This document shows, piece after piece, positions 22,571 through 33,796 of a stretch of 64,000 bases of DNA (positions are counted from its first letter, which is position 1; every line of letters begins with the position of its first letter). The translations under genes and the position numbers were made by a program. This DNA comes from Emiliania huxleyi CCMP1516 (lineage: Eukaryota). The notes under the pieces were generated by a model, which was not told the DNA's origin, did not search any database, and saw only the letters and a list, made by a program, of their open reading frames with translations. The DNA lies in contig NW_005201287.1 in assembly GCF_000372725.1 (NCBI RefSeq), positions 961,081 through 1,025,080 of the forward strand, given 5' to 3'.

Positions 22571-23066
22571 AGTCTGACGGCGGCGGGCGCTTCGCTCTCT
22601 TGCGCGCACGTCCCGCCCCCCCGGCCCGACGCGAGGATGAATACTCGTATCGACACGCCCACGTGGGGCACGCTGGACCTCGAAGTGAGCTGTCAGTCTC
22701 ATGGTCGGCCCGCCTGCCTTCTGTTTGTGGTGGCGGCGTGCCGTCCTCCTCCCACCCCTCCCACTTGGATTCTTCGCTTTTTTTTTTGAGCCGTAACTCT
22801 CCCTCTTTTTTTTTCTAAGACAAGTACTAGTGAAGTTCTATTTTGGGGCGTTCAGTTTACAGTGAAAAAGAATTTCAGTTAAAGAAACTGATGATATTGC
22901 TTGTGTGTATGTGTCGCGCCTTGCGGGCGCGGAAAGCAGGAACCTCTTCCCAAGAAGCGAGCGCCACTCTTGGAGCGCCGCCACCACATCGAGCGCAACC
23001 GCCTCCAATATAGATAGTACGACGGGCGAGCCTGGCGTCTCACGCCGCCAAAACGCCTGCGGCGTC

Positions 23067-25111
23067 TCACGCCGCCACAGTCTCCGGCGCCGGCACGCTC
23101 AGCGACCCCAACGACTGCGCCGCGCCGTCCGTGGCGGCCTGTTCCTCGTCGCTTCCGGCGGCGGCGGCGGCGACAGCCTCGATGCGGCACGCCCCCTCGG
23201 CGGTCACGTCGACGCTCACGACGAGCCCCGACTCGCCTGGCGCGTTGTCGCACGCGTGCAGCGCGAGCGCCGCCACGGCCCGGGGCGGCTGCGGCGGCCC
23301 GTCGGGGGGAGAAACGGCGTCGGCGGGCGGCGGCGGCGGCATCTCGACGAGGCGAAGCACGAGCCTCTGCCCGGCGGCCGGCGGCTCGACCTGCAGCGGA
23401 ATCTTCCGGTGCAGCGGCACGCAGCTTCCAGCACAAACGAGGGGGAGGAAGGCGCCGCCGCCGAGCTCGAGGGCGAGAGTGCGCGGCAACCTCCGCCGCG
23501 CACTCGCTGCACCGGAGCGTTGCCAGCCGCCCGCGGAAGTGTCGCCCGCCGCCATGAGCGAGCCTACGGGCGAATAGCATGACGAGAGTCGCGGACCTGC
23601 CTCTGCGGCGGCGGCGGCCTCTCGTCGGGTGAACCGTACAGCGCCGCGCCGCTGGCCGCAGCCTCGTCGGACGTGGCGCCAAAGTGGAGTGTGGCGCCTA
23701 CATGACAACATGTCAGGGCCGTGTCATGGACATGTCTACGAGATGGCGCCAAAGTGGAGGGTGGCGCCGGGGAGCTCAGCGGCGAGGGCGGCCTGCACAC
23801 AAGGCATGCGGCAGCCGCCGCCCGAGAGCAGCACCTCGCGCACGCACCGCGCGCCCTCGAGAGCTGACGCCTCGCCGGGCGAGCAAGCGTCGGCGGCGCG
23901 CAGCGCCGCGCGGGCGACGGAGCGCACCGCCGCACAGAGGGGGCGGGCGAGGTCCTCGAGGCTCGCCCGCGAGACGGTGACAAAGTGGTCCGCCCCCTCC
24001 GCCTCGACGGCGATCTGCGCCTGCGGGACACCCCTCAAGAGTACGCCCTCGCGTGGACATGTCACGGACGCGCCCGTGGTCTCCCTCTCCTCCGGCGGCA
24101 CGTCTGCGCCTGAGTCCCGCCAGAGAGGCTCCGCTTGCACGCCTCTGCCGCCGCGCCCAGCCGCGCCTTCGCGCGCGCGTTGCCGGACAGGTCGACGCGC
24201 GAGCGGCGGCGGATGTCCTTGAGCGCCAGCGCCACCAGCGCGGCGTCCACCTGCGCAGCGCCGCGCGTCTCGTCCGACGCCGTCGAGGCAATGCTGAGCC
24301 GGGCGACTGCGCGCCGCAGCCGCGTGCTTCGCGGCCCCGCCGCAGCCTCCCCGCCGCAGTCAGCCCCCCCCTCGCCGCCCCCCTCCCCCTCCGCCTCCCC
24401 CTCCGCCTGCCCCTCGGGCTCCTCTCCAAGGTCCACCACCGAAGCAGACACGCAGCAGCCGCCCACGTCCACCACCAGCAGCCTGCGAGGTGCGGCGCCT
24501 CCGCCGCCCGCCGCATCGGCGCCCGCCCCGTCGCCGCCGGCCGCCGCCGCCTCGATCTCGGCCACGCGCAGCAGGGCGACAGCGAGCGGCGAGGGCAGCG
24601 CCAGCTTGACCCGCATGCCGCCGCCCCGCGCCGCCTCGAGCAGCGCGTCGGCGCGCGAGGGAGCGAGGTGCGCCGGCGTGGCGAGGACAACCTCGCGCAC
24701 CGGCGCGCCGCAAAACGAGTCCGCCGCGCCGCGCAGCCCACCCACAACCAATGAGAGCAGCCGCACCGCCGTGTGCGTCTTGCCACCCGGCACCGCCACC
24801 GAGACTGCGCCGTCCTTCTCGGCGGCAGACGTGAGGAAGCCCCAGCGAGAGCGCGCGGCCTGCACGACCGGGTCGTCGAAGTCGCGGCCGAGCATCAGCA
24901 GCAAGTCGCTCATCGTCAGCTTTGGGTTGCGTGCTGCCTGTGCGGCCGCCGCCTCCCCGAGCAGCGTTTCGCCGTCGGCGAAGGCCACGGTCGTCGGCGT
25001 CGAGCGCGAGCCCTGCTCGTTGGCGATGAGCTGCACCGTGCCGTGCCGCATCACCGCCATCGTGCAGCACGTGTTGCCCACATCCAGCCCCAGCACGCCT
25101 GCCGCGCTCAT
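23067..25111 (-). CDS. Atypical Hsp70-family protein (HSPA14/Ssz1-like), introns 24021-24109 and 23698-23767
   Basis: Motifs VLGLDVGNT, IANEQGSRSTPTTVAF, VVLATPAH, VVDVGG, AEACKRSLS, VLLSGGGCRMP, DEAAASGAALY; catalytic motifs are degenerate. Confidence 0.8.
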
Positions 25112-25154
25112 GTCGGGCTCATGTCGGCTCATGTCGGCTCATGTCGGGCTCACG

Positions 25155-25277
25155 TGGTCTTCACAACCGTGTGGTCTTCACAGAAACGCACAGTGGTCTT
25201 CACGTAAACGCACAACCCCGGGCCCGAAATCGATGGTCTTCACAGCACAAAAATACTTCCGCGGCACAAAAATACTT
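25155..25277. promoter_or_regulatory. Clustered motif TGGTCTTCAC x4 plus GCACAAAAATACTT x2 in a short divergent intergenic region
   Basis: TGGTCTTCAC at 25155, 25172, 25194 and 25234; the 14-mer at 25245 and 25264. A regulatory role is inference. Confidence 0.35.
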
Positions 25278-25413
25278 TTCTCGGCACGACGCGCGCACTG
25301 GCACTAGCACAGGTATACCATAAAAAGTAATACACGCAGGCACGCGACGTCCCCCGAACGAAACGGACTCCGGGTCTCCGGCGGGCGGGCCCCCCGGCCG
25401 CCTTTGCACGTAT

Positions 25414-26880
25414 ATGCTGCCGCTACACGCGTGGGCCGTCGGGCTGGCCAACGGCGTGGGGCTACGCCCGCCCATGGGCTACTCCTCATGGAATGACTGC
25501 GCGAGCGAGGTGACCGAGGCGCGAATCAGGCGTGTGGCTCGGGCCCTCGTCAACACAGGTCTCGCCGCCAAAGGATACACGCACGTCAACGTTGACGAGG
25601 GCTGGCTCAAGAGCCGAGGCACGACGACGCTCGCAATGGAGGAGGACACGGCCAAGTTCCCGTCCGGCATGCGCGCTCTCGGCGAGTGGGTGCACGCACA
25701 GGAGGTGCCCGGGGCAGGCCGCACGCTCAGGTACGGCCTCTACACCTCCCGCGGCACCTGCCAGTGCTCGACCAAGCAGTACCAGGGGCCGGGGAGCAGC
25801 GGTCACATCGAGCGCGATGCCGCATGGATGGTGGCGGCGGGCGCCGATCTTGTCAAGGTGGACTCGTGCTGCGGCTCGCAGCAGCGCGAGGCGGCTATGG
25901 GCGACTATGCGGCATTCCGGGACGCCCTCAACGCCACCGGACGTCCCGTCTTCCTCGCCGTCTGCGGCTGGAACGCCTGGTATGCACGGCGCGGCCACAC
26001 CCTCGGCCACTCCTGGCGCATCGCCCTCGATGGCACCAACTGGGGCGCGCTTTCGCATTGCGCCAACGTCAATGCTCGCCTCTCGAAGCACGCGAGCCCG
26101 GGCGGCTGGAACGACCCGGACCTGCTGCAGGGCACCGGAAAGGGAAGCAACGACCTCCCTTCAAATCCGCACGGCTGCTTTGACCCGAGCCGCATTCCGC
26201 AGAGCAGAGACTGGTACCTGAGCGAGCGGCAGGTCCGTGCGCAGATGACGCTGTGGGCAGTCATGTCGGCGCCGCTCATCATCTCGGCGGATCCCAGCCA
26301 GGTGGAGCCGTCGGTGCTAGCGACATGGGGCAACGAGGAGGTGATTTCGGTGAATCAGGAACTGCGCGACGGCGGCCCCTATCAGGGCCATCGCCTGGCC
26401 GGCCTCGACCTGCACTACGACGCGGCGCTCAAGGCCGGCAGCGGGACGAACGTGTGGGGTAAACCTCTCCCGGCAGGCGCGCTGGCGCTCGCATTCATCA
26501 ACAACGGGCCCAATGCGACGGACGTCGTGTGCGATCGGAGCTGCTACGGCCCGCTTGCAGGAGGCTCCGCCCGGGCCTATGCGCTGCGAAACCTCTGGGC
26601 GCGCGCAGATCTCGGCGCCTTCTCGCCGCCGCAGACGCTCGTCGCCAAGGCTGTTGCCGCGCACGGCGGGGCCGCCATGCTGCGGCTCACGCCCCTCGCC
26701 GCCGGGCAGGCGTCGTCGCGGCACCAGCAACTCCGTGGCGGGGCGTTCGAGTGGCGGCCGTGCCGCGAGGCGAGCCCGACGGGCGACTGGGGCGGCCAGT
26801 GCGGCGGCGCAAAGGCGGTGCGCGGCGGCAGCGGGAAGAGGAGGCCGAAGCTAAGGCGGATTGCAGAGGGGCAAGCATGA
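25414..26880 (+). CDS. Alpha-galactosidase, glycoside hydrolase family 27
   Basis: Motifs LANGVGLRPPMGYSSWN, VNVDEGW, KFPSGMRALGEWVH, DLVKVDSC, SWRIALD, GGWNDPDLL, LWAVMSAPLII. Confidence 0.95.
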   Translation: MLPLHAWAVGLANGVGLRPPMGYSSWNDCASEVTEARIRRVARALVNTGLAAKGYTHVNVDEGWLKSRGTTTLAMEEDTAKFPSGMRALGEWVHAQEVPGAGRTLRYGLYTSRGTCQCSTKQYQGPGSSGHIERDAAWMVAAGADLVKVDSCCGSQQREAAMGDYAAFRDALNATGRPVFLAVCGWNAWYARRGHTLGHSWRIALDGTNWGALSHCANVNARLSKHASPGGWNDPDLLQGTGKGSNDLPSNPHGCFDPSRIPQSRDWYLSERQVRAQMTLWAVMSAPLIISADPSQVEPSVLATWGNEEVISVNQELRDGGPYQGHRLAGLDLHYDAALKAGSGTNVWGKPLPAGALALAFINNGPNATDVVCDRSCYGPLAGGSARAYALRNLWARADLGAFSPPQTLVAKAVAAHGGAAMLRLTPLAAGQASSRHQQLRGGAFEWRPCREASPTGDWGGQCGGAKAVRGGSGKRRPKLRRIAEGQA

Positions 26881-27896
26881 ATGCAGGCTGCGAACAAAGA
26901 GCGATGCCATGTCGGGCCGCTCCGTCTTCCGCTCGAGTGCTCTGTTGGGCCCGGGGCGAGAACGAGCTTAATTGGCATACAGTCGATAGAGAGATAGATG
27001 GAAAGTCGACTTCACGAGGTCTGTAGTGGAATTTGCGAAAATTATTTTGTTGTCTGTGTTAGCGCCAGTGACCCCCACTCCCTTTTCTCCCAGTAAGCTA
27101 AAAGCCTAAAAGTACGTACGTACATATTCGTGCCGTCACATTGGTGGGTATCGGCTATATCGCTCGGGGCGCGGGACCGCGGGACGAAGTTCTTCGACGC
27201 GCTCCGGATCATCCGCCTCATCCGCCTCGAGAAGAGATCGCGTAGAGGATACCCGTAGAGGTCGCGGATCCTCATCTCTTCCCTCCCCGATTCGCTGTCC
27301 GCATTTGCATGCAGTGCGCGGCAAGAGTGGCTTGAGGGGCTGCTCTCCCCCGCGGCTCACAATCTCTCGCAAGCTACTCGACATGGGGAACCGCATGTGC
27401 GGGTTGGGGCACGAGGGCAATGAGGATAGCATGCGCCAGCCAGGCGCCGCCTCATCCTCAAAGCACTGATGCGTCATGAGACGTCGCCGCACCGTCACGG
27501 CACGGCCCACCAAGAAGGTGGCGCCATGAATCTCTTCGCCGCCGGAAGTTTCGCCGCCGGGAAGTGCACTATATGACCAGACCACCCTCATGCCCGCCTC
27601 ACACATCGCCTCCGCCTCCGCCCTTGTCGATGCCGGTCGCGCCCCCTCTAGTCGTCCCTGTCGGACATTGCAGCTGATTGCGGACGTGCGGGGGCTGTCA
27701 CGGCCGTCTGACCAGAGACGGCACACTGCCGAAACACGCGAGCCTCCCAAAGGAAGCTGCCATCAGGCGGGTTGTCGAGCATGTGCATGTACAGCAGGAC
27801 GATTCGGTCCCGGTCGTGCCACCAGTAGCTGTGCGGCCACGCCAGAGGCGCGAGCTCCGCAGCTGTCGGCCTCCGAGGTCTCGCCCCCTGAGCCCT

Positions 27897-28135
27897 GGTG
27901 TCGAGGTGTCGAGGCCCGGTGTCGAGGGTGTCGAGCTGCTGTCGAGGGATAGAGGTGTCGAGGCCTGTCGAGGCCTGTCGAGGCCTGTCGAGGCCTGTCG
28001 AGGCTGGGACCAAGCTTGTCCGTGTCGAGGGGTGTCGAGGGGTGTCGAGGGTGTCGAGGGTGTCGAGGGTGTCGAGGGTGTCGAGCAGGTGTCGAGTGTT
28101 GTCAAGGGGTTTTGCGTCTAAGGTGTCGAGGTGTC
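27897..28135. repeat. 9-11 bp satellite of GTGTCGAGG-type units
   Basis: (tgtcgaggcc)n and (gtgtcgagg)n arrays. Confidence 0.9.
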
Positions 28136-28529
28136 CAAGGTGGCAGGATGCAGTTGCAGCCCATCAACAAAACTTGGGCAGCAGTTGCAAAGCTGTTTCA
28201 TCCCTTAGTTGCAGCCTCAGTTGCACCCTGTTGATGTAGCACAACCTGAGCACAACCAGTATACTCTCTGTGGACATTTGAGGACATCAAGTGCCGGGAG
28301 TCATTGCCACTGTGCACAAAGGTGCTGTGCAGGCGCAGCACCGCAGCAGCGTCGCCGCTGCAGCAGCGTCGCCCCTGCAGCGTCACCGGCGCACATAGCG
28401 CAACTGACCACAGCGCTCATGGCACAAGGCTGGTGCCATGAGTCAGTGGACATTGCCACTGCACAAGGTGCTGTCCAGCAGCTAAGGGCTGCCAGTACCC
28501 CATCGCAGCAGCGTCGCCGCCGCTGCAGC
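28022..28529 (+). mobile_element. Dispersed ~510-bp repeat family B, copy 1
   Basis: Reverse complement of 48712-49229 (ggatgcagttgcagcccatcaacaaaacttggg...gctaagggct...gtaccccatcgcagcagcgtcgcc). Confidence 0.75.
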
Positions 28530-28645
28530 ACATCCAGGGCCGGGGAGCTAAGAAGCGCACCCAGCGGGCCGGATGATCGGGATCGGGTTACGGGCTAGAG
28601 AGCCCTAGCCCCGGGGGTGCGCGTTCGCAGGGCCGTAACACGGGT

Positions 28646-28786
28646 CTCCGAGGGTTAGTCCGCGCTCCAGGTTTCCCCTAGCAGCGGAGCGCCCCCTCCA
28701 CTCGGAGCTAAAGAATACTCTCCGAGGGTTGGACCCGCGTACCAGGTTTCCCCTTAACTGCAGAACGCCCCCTCTACTCGGAGCTA
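28646..28786. repeat. Imperfect tandem duplication, ~74-bp period
   Basis: ctccgagggtt...ccaggtttcccct...cgccccct.actcggagcta occurs twice (28646 and 28720). Confidence 0.8.
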
Positions 28787-29845
28787 GTGATACGAGAATA
28801 CGTACTGGCTACTGCCCCCACGCAGTACCTGTACTACTCGACGATAATACAAGAATACGCAGCTGCGAGGTACCTATAAAGAAACAGCGAGGTAAAGTTC
28901 GGCGGCTATGATAAACCGAAAGTTGTCGTAAAACGCGGGCGAAAGCAAAGCAGAGGGCGGGCGCTTTTTGCCGCGGCGATGCCCGCAGCCTGTCGAGCAG
29001 CTTCCGCGGCGCCCATGCGCCGCGGGGTTGACCGACAGCCGCGCCTCTCGCGCCTCCCGTGCCACGCGCGGCGACGCGCACCCTGCGCGCCAGTCGGCGC
29101 ATTGGCAGTACTGCACCAGCCAGCACGGCGTGGAGCAATGCATCCAGGGCATTGTGCTGGGCGCCAACCAGCATGCCTCAGGACAGAGCAAGGGAGCATG
29201 CTGCGCACCCTGGCGCAGCGCCAGCTCGCCTCCAAACAGGCACTCTCACCACTGCACAGCCGCCCACGAGCGCCCGCAGCTGCACTGCTCAACACTGAAG
29301 CTCAGGAGCCTCCCCTTGTTGTCGCAGCTTTGTGCAGTGCAGCGTGCGAGCAGCGCAGCGCCAGGCCGACCCCTGGCACGCCCGGGCGGCTGTGGGACGG
29401 AGGCCCGCCGAGCGAGTGCGAGCCGCATCGGCGGCCATGTCTCCTGCCGCCGCGAGCGAACGGCGCAAAGAGGCAGCGTCGCGCATGCTTTTCCGTAATA
29501 TATTCCATCCGAAGGCTCTCCTTGTTTTAACGGTGTGTGCTCAGATTGGACTGCCAGCCGTCCGGCTGCGTCTCGGAGTTCGGAACTCGCCCCCAGTTCG
29601 CGAAAGGGTTTATGTTTGCACATACATGCAAAAAAAAGTGAGAAGAGGAATGGGGGAGGGGGAAAGGGTCCGGTTTAAGGAAAGTGACTGACTTCTGATG
29701 TTTGCACATGTGAATAATGACTGACTTCTGTCGACCGCTGTCGCTCCCTTCTCGACTGTCTGTGCTTGTGCGTCTTGGGCCCGGTTGCTCTTCGGTGATT
29801 GCCTACTGTCCTTCACGCAGATGAGAGCGCCGTTCGACGCCGTGA

Positions 29846-30454
29846 ATGCATCGGATTGAGCGCGCTCGTGGGGACGCGCTCGAGGGGCCTCTCACCTTAA
29901 TGGCGGACGCGAATATCACGCCGACGGGCGGCGCATCAGGGACCCCTCGCTGGCGAGCGGTTGGCGCGGGAGGTCACGGAACGACGGGTCGAGCCCCTCC
30001 GCCAGTCGACGTGGCGGTCGAGACGGTGAGCGCGGACGACGTCCTAGCGGGCGTGGCTGAGCAACGCGCCCCCAAGACGACGATACCGACGATCTATGAG
30101 CATGCCCCCTACGAGCAGCCTTCCGACGGGAGCGAGATGTTTGGGTCGAACCTGAACCACGACTGCATTACTTGCATCTTCGACCTGCTACCCCTCGATG
30201 ACCTTGCTGCCCTGGCTAGAACGGATCGCAGCAGCAACGCTTTCCTGAGCTTTCACATGCGTTGGCACCGCGAAGACTGGTCCGCATTCGTCATTCAACA
30301 TGAGTGGCGATACATGCTCGAGCGACGAGAGTACGCAAGGGAGGATGCGGCGGCCAAGGCGGCGGCGGAGCCGGCGCGGCTTGAGGCGCGATGGACTGAG
30401 GAAGAGGTGGCTTTGTGGGTGAGTTGGGGGGGGGTGGAGGAGGACTTGATCTAG
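29846..30454 (+). CDS. Small F-box-like hypothetical protein
   Basis: LNHDCITCIFDLLPLDDLAALARTDR resembles an F-box motif. Confidence 0.45.
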   Translation: MHRIERARGDALEGPLTLMADANITPTGGASGTPRWRAVGAGGHGTTGRAPPPVDVAVETVSADDVLAGVAEQRAPKTTIPTIYEHAPYEQPSDGSEMFGSNLNHDCITCIFDLLPLDDLAALARTDRSSNAFLSFHMRWHREDWSAFVIQHEWRYMLERREYAREDAAAKAAAEPARLEARWTEEEVALWVSWGGVEEDLI

Positions 30455-30681
30455 GCTGGAGATCGGGTCGCCATGAGATACATCCACGAATCCACCCATA
30501 ATCCATAGTCATAGTGGCTCGTGCACAGCGCGCCCACACCAACCTCTCAAAATATGCGGCTAGACCGTGTGTCCGCGCGACCCCGGCGAGGGCGTGTCCC
30601 TTGTGACTGAGTTGTGTCGAGATGGCTGTGTCACGTGATGACATGTGTCGTGTTCAAATGTCCACGACCACGCATTTCGTT

Positions 30682-30810
30682 ACATGTACAACATGTGCAT
30701 GCACATATGACATGTGCATGCACATGTGCTGTGTACCTTGTACCTAGGTCTCTTAGCCCACAACGTAACACACATGCCTTTTCACACATGGTCATGGACA
30801 TGCTCACATG
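30682..30810. repeat. Degenerate ACATGT/CATG palindromic repeat tract
   Basis: acatgtacaacatgtgcatgcacatatgacatgtgcatgcacatgtg... Confidence 0.7.
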
Positions 30811-31059
30811 CTCAACAGCTCAAGCCACACGCGTACTCGGGAACAGAGTAGCCCCCCCCCCCCCCCCCAGCCCCGAAAGCAGATGAGAGACAAGAGTGCA
30901 CCACGAGTGACGATGCGCGAGTCAGTCCGCAACACATCCGTCTGACGCCTTAGGGGGCCGCGCTGCCGCGCTCCCCCATCCGCGTGCACCGCGGCACGCG
31001 GGCACGCGGCGCATATTGTGTCGGATTCGGGTTCCTGCCGTGCGCCGCTGCGTCCAGCA

Positions 31060-33381
31060 CTACGCGCCTGCCGCATCCGTCGCAGACGTGATCCTCTTCG
31101 GCGTGATCCTCTCCGTCGCCTCTTCGATGGCGGTGGCGATGTCCGGGTAGGCGGCGCCGCCGTGCTTGCTGTTGTCGAGGCCGGCGTCCTCGACTTCTTT
31201 CGAGATGCGGAGCAAGCCTCCCGCCATGAGGCCCGAGAAGAGGATCGCACTCAGCGCGCCGACCCAGAGGGTGATGAAGACCGTGCCTGCGGGGCAGGGG
31301 CGAGCGTCGGAAGGGAAAGAGAAGAGGGCGCACTTTGACGCGGGAGCGGACCGACGATCTGCGTGGCGAGCAAGAGGCCATCGCCGCCGTAAAAGACGCC
31401 GCACGCCGTGCCAGACTCCGTGTAGGAGTAGTCGCACGTGCAAAAGAAGCCGACGGCGAGGCAGCCCCACAGACCGCACGCGCCGTGGACAGCGAAGGCG
31501 TCGAGCGGGTCGTCGATCTTGAGCCTGCGCATCAAGCACGAGGCGCCGTGGTAGAAGAATGCTCCGATGAAGCCGATGACGACCGACGCCCAGATCTCGA
31601 CGGTCGTGCAGCCGGCGGTGATCGAGACGAGCCCTCCCAGCAGCGAGTTGCAGGTGTGGCCGAGGTCCCACACGCCGGGCGACCCTCCGCAGGAGCCGGG
31701 CGCGAAGCGCTTGAGGAGGATCCCCGTGGTGGCGGCCTAGGGTTAGGGTTAGGGTTAGGGTTAGGGTTAGGGTTAGGGTCAGGGTTAGGAGGATCCCCGT
31801 GGTGGCGGCCTAGGGTTAGGGTTAGGGTTAGGGTTAGGGTTAGGGTTAGGGTTAGGAGGATCCCCGTGGTGGCGGCCTATTAGGGTTAGGGTTAGGGTTA
31901 GGGTTAGGGTTAGGGTTAGGGTTAGGGTTAGGGTTAGGGTTAGGGTTAGGGTTAGGGTTAGGGTTAGGGTTAGGGTTAGGGTCAGGGTATGGGTTAGGGT
32001 TAGGGTTAGGAGGATCCCCGTGGTGGCGGCCGTGGCGGCGGAGAGCGTCGTCGTGACGGCGGCGCGGGCCGCGTCGCGCGCGTAGTTGTGGAGCGCGAGG
32101 GTTGAGCCCGGGTTGAAGCCGTACCAGCCGAACCAGAGCAAAAAGGTGCCCAGCACTTGCAGGGACGCCGACTGGCCGGCGAAGGCGTCTGCGGGGGCGA
32201 CGCGTGCGCGTGAGGGAGGAGGCGGGGCAGCCGCACCGAAGCAGGCGGGTGCGCACGTTCGGGCAGCTCTCCGAATCGGCCCTTGCGAGGTCGGATGATG
32301 AAGGCACCGGTGAAGGCGCAGATGCCTCCCGTCATGTGCACGACGCCGGAGCCCGCAAAGTCGACCATGCCTGCGGACGGGGCGGGGCGGGGCGGGTGAG
32401 GGGAGGGGGCGGTGGCATTGTCTGCTGGAGGGGGGGGGGAGAGGGGCACCAGTGAGCATCGCGTCCTTGTTAAAGGCGGAGAGGAAGCCGTGTTCGTCCC
32501 ACACCCTGCGGCCAGAGAAAAAGGGGTGACCGCTGTTCAGACGTCTGCCACCCCTCCCGGGGTCTGCTCCCCCTCCCCGGGGCTAGCCCCTGGGCTGGGA
32601 GCGTAGTACGCCCGTCGCTGCAGATGCGGAGCGAGGCGAAGGCTGGCAATGGACGCTCCCCGGGGCAGCTGCGCGCGCCAGTGCACCACCGTCGGGTATA
32701 CGAAGCCGACGATGGCGAAGACGTACGCGCAGTAGCCAACCAGCGTGCACCGCTCCGCCACAGCGCCGGACGTGATGGTCGCTGCCGCCGCCGCAAAACA
32801 GTACTGGAAGAAGAAGAAGACGGCGTCGTGCCCGTAGTCCTTTTTGCCGGTCGTGTCGTCGGCTCCGGAGAGGGCAAAGTTGTGGCCGCTGCCGCCGATG
32901 AAGGCGTTCCCGTCCTCGCTCTTGTCATAGGCAAAGCCGAACCCAATGAGGTACCTAACAGCAGCGGGCTGGGCTGAGCGCGCCCGCGAAGGCCCCGCTG
33001 ACACCGCTCCGGCCCTCGGACACCAGACCAGCCCGCCGAAGCACGCGTCCATGACGGACTTGAGAAGGATGTTCTTGACGCTGCGCATGCGTACCGATCC
33101 CGCCGAGAGCAGCGCGAAGCCCGCCTGCATGAGAAAAACTAGAGCCGCGCAAAAGAGCAGATAGAAGGTGTTCGTCTCGCTCTGCGACCGGGTGCACGAG
33201 GCGTGAGTGGGCGCAAAGGGCGGCGCGGCGCGCCAGCTGTCGCCGCCGGGCGGACCTCGTCAGCTTCGAAGCGGACCTCGTCAGCTTCGAGCTGTCCGCG
33301 CAGCGCCGTGGCGCAGGCCGTCAGCGAAGACACGTTGGCCGTGACCTCTGGACCGAAGTTGCAGGCCGAGAGAGGAGTCAT
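31060..33381 (-). CDS. AMT1: Ammonium transporter (AMT1 family), multi-exon
   Basis: Motifs [96 protein letters not shown]. Confidence 0.95.
31714..32031. repeat. Four identical 24-bp exon-derived repeats (AGGAGGATCCCCGTGGTGGCGGCC) separated by three TTAGGG arrays
   Basis: Copies start at 31714, 31787, 31854 and 32008; the spacers are telomeric hexamers. Forms AMT intron 31737-32030. Confidence 0.95.
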
Positions 33382-33796
33382 CTGCAAACAAGGCGGCCAG
33401 TGGATGGCGAAGGTCAAAAGGGACTCGGCGGCAAGTCTCTCGGGTGACGGATCACATTTCAAACTCCGAGCTCCGACATTGTGGTGGCTGGTGGGTGGTT
33501 CCGCCTCGAGTCCACCGACCGCATGCGCACGAACGAGCACTTGGAGGACGAACGAACCCGGGCGGGCGCACGAACCATTCCTCTAGCAAGCATCAGAGGC
33601 TCATTTCAATCCGAAGTACTGACTGACATTCCTCTGACATTCCTCGCATCCGGCACGTACTCGAGTACGCAGAGGCCGCGTCTTCCGCTACCCATACTGA
33701 CCTCATAGAGCTCCCGAACCTCCAATTAATTGTCGCAGACTAAAGGACGGGCGCCCGATCCGTCGGCAAGCCCCGCGTCGCGTCGCCAATACCACC

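Noticed and set aside
27136..27750. 204-aa minus-strand ORF
   Set aside because: No recognisable motif, and it lies between repeat modules; not enough support.
31738..32008. True chromosome end or telomere fusion
   Set aside because: The arrays are short, in a single orientation, and embedded in a gene whose frame continues on both sides.
31714..32031. CRISPR array (identical 24-bp repeats with spacers)
   Set aside because: The spacers are telomeric hexamers, the repeat is AMT coding sequence (AATTGILL), there are no cas genes, and the genome is eukaryotic.
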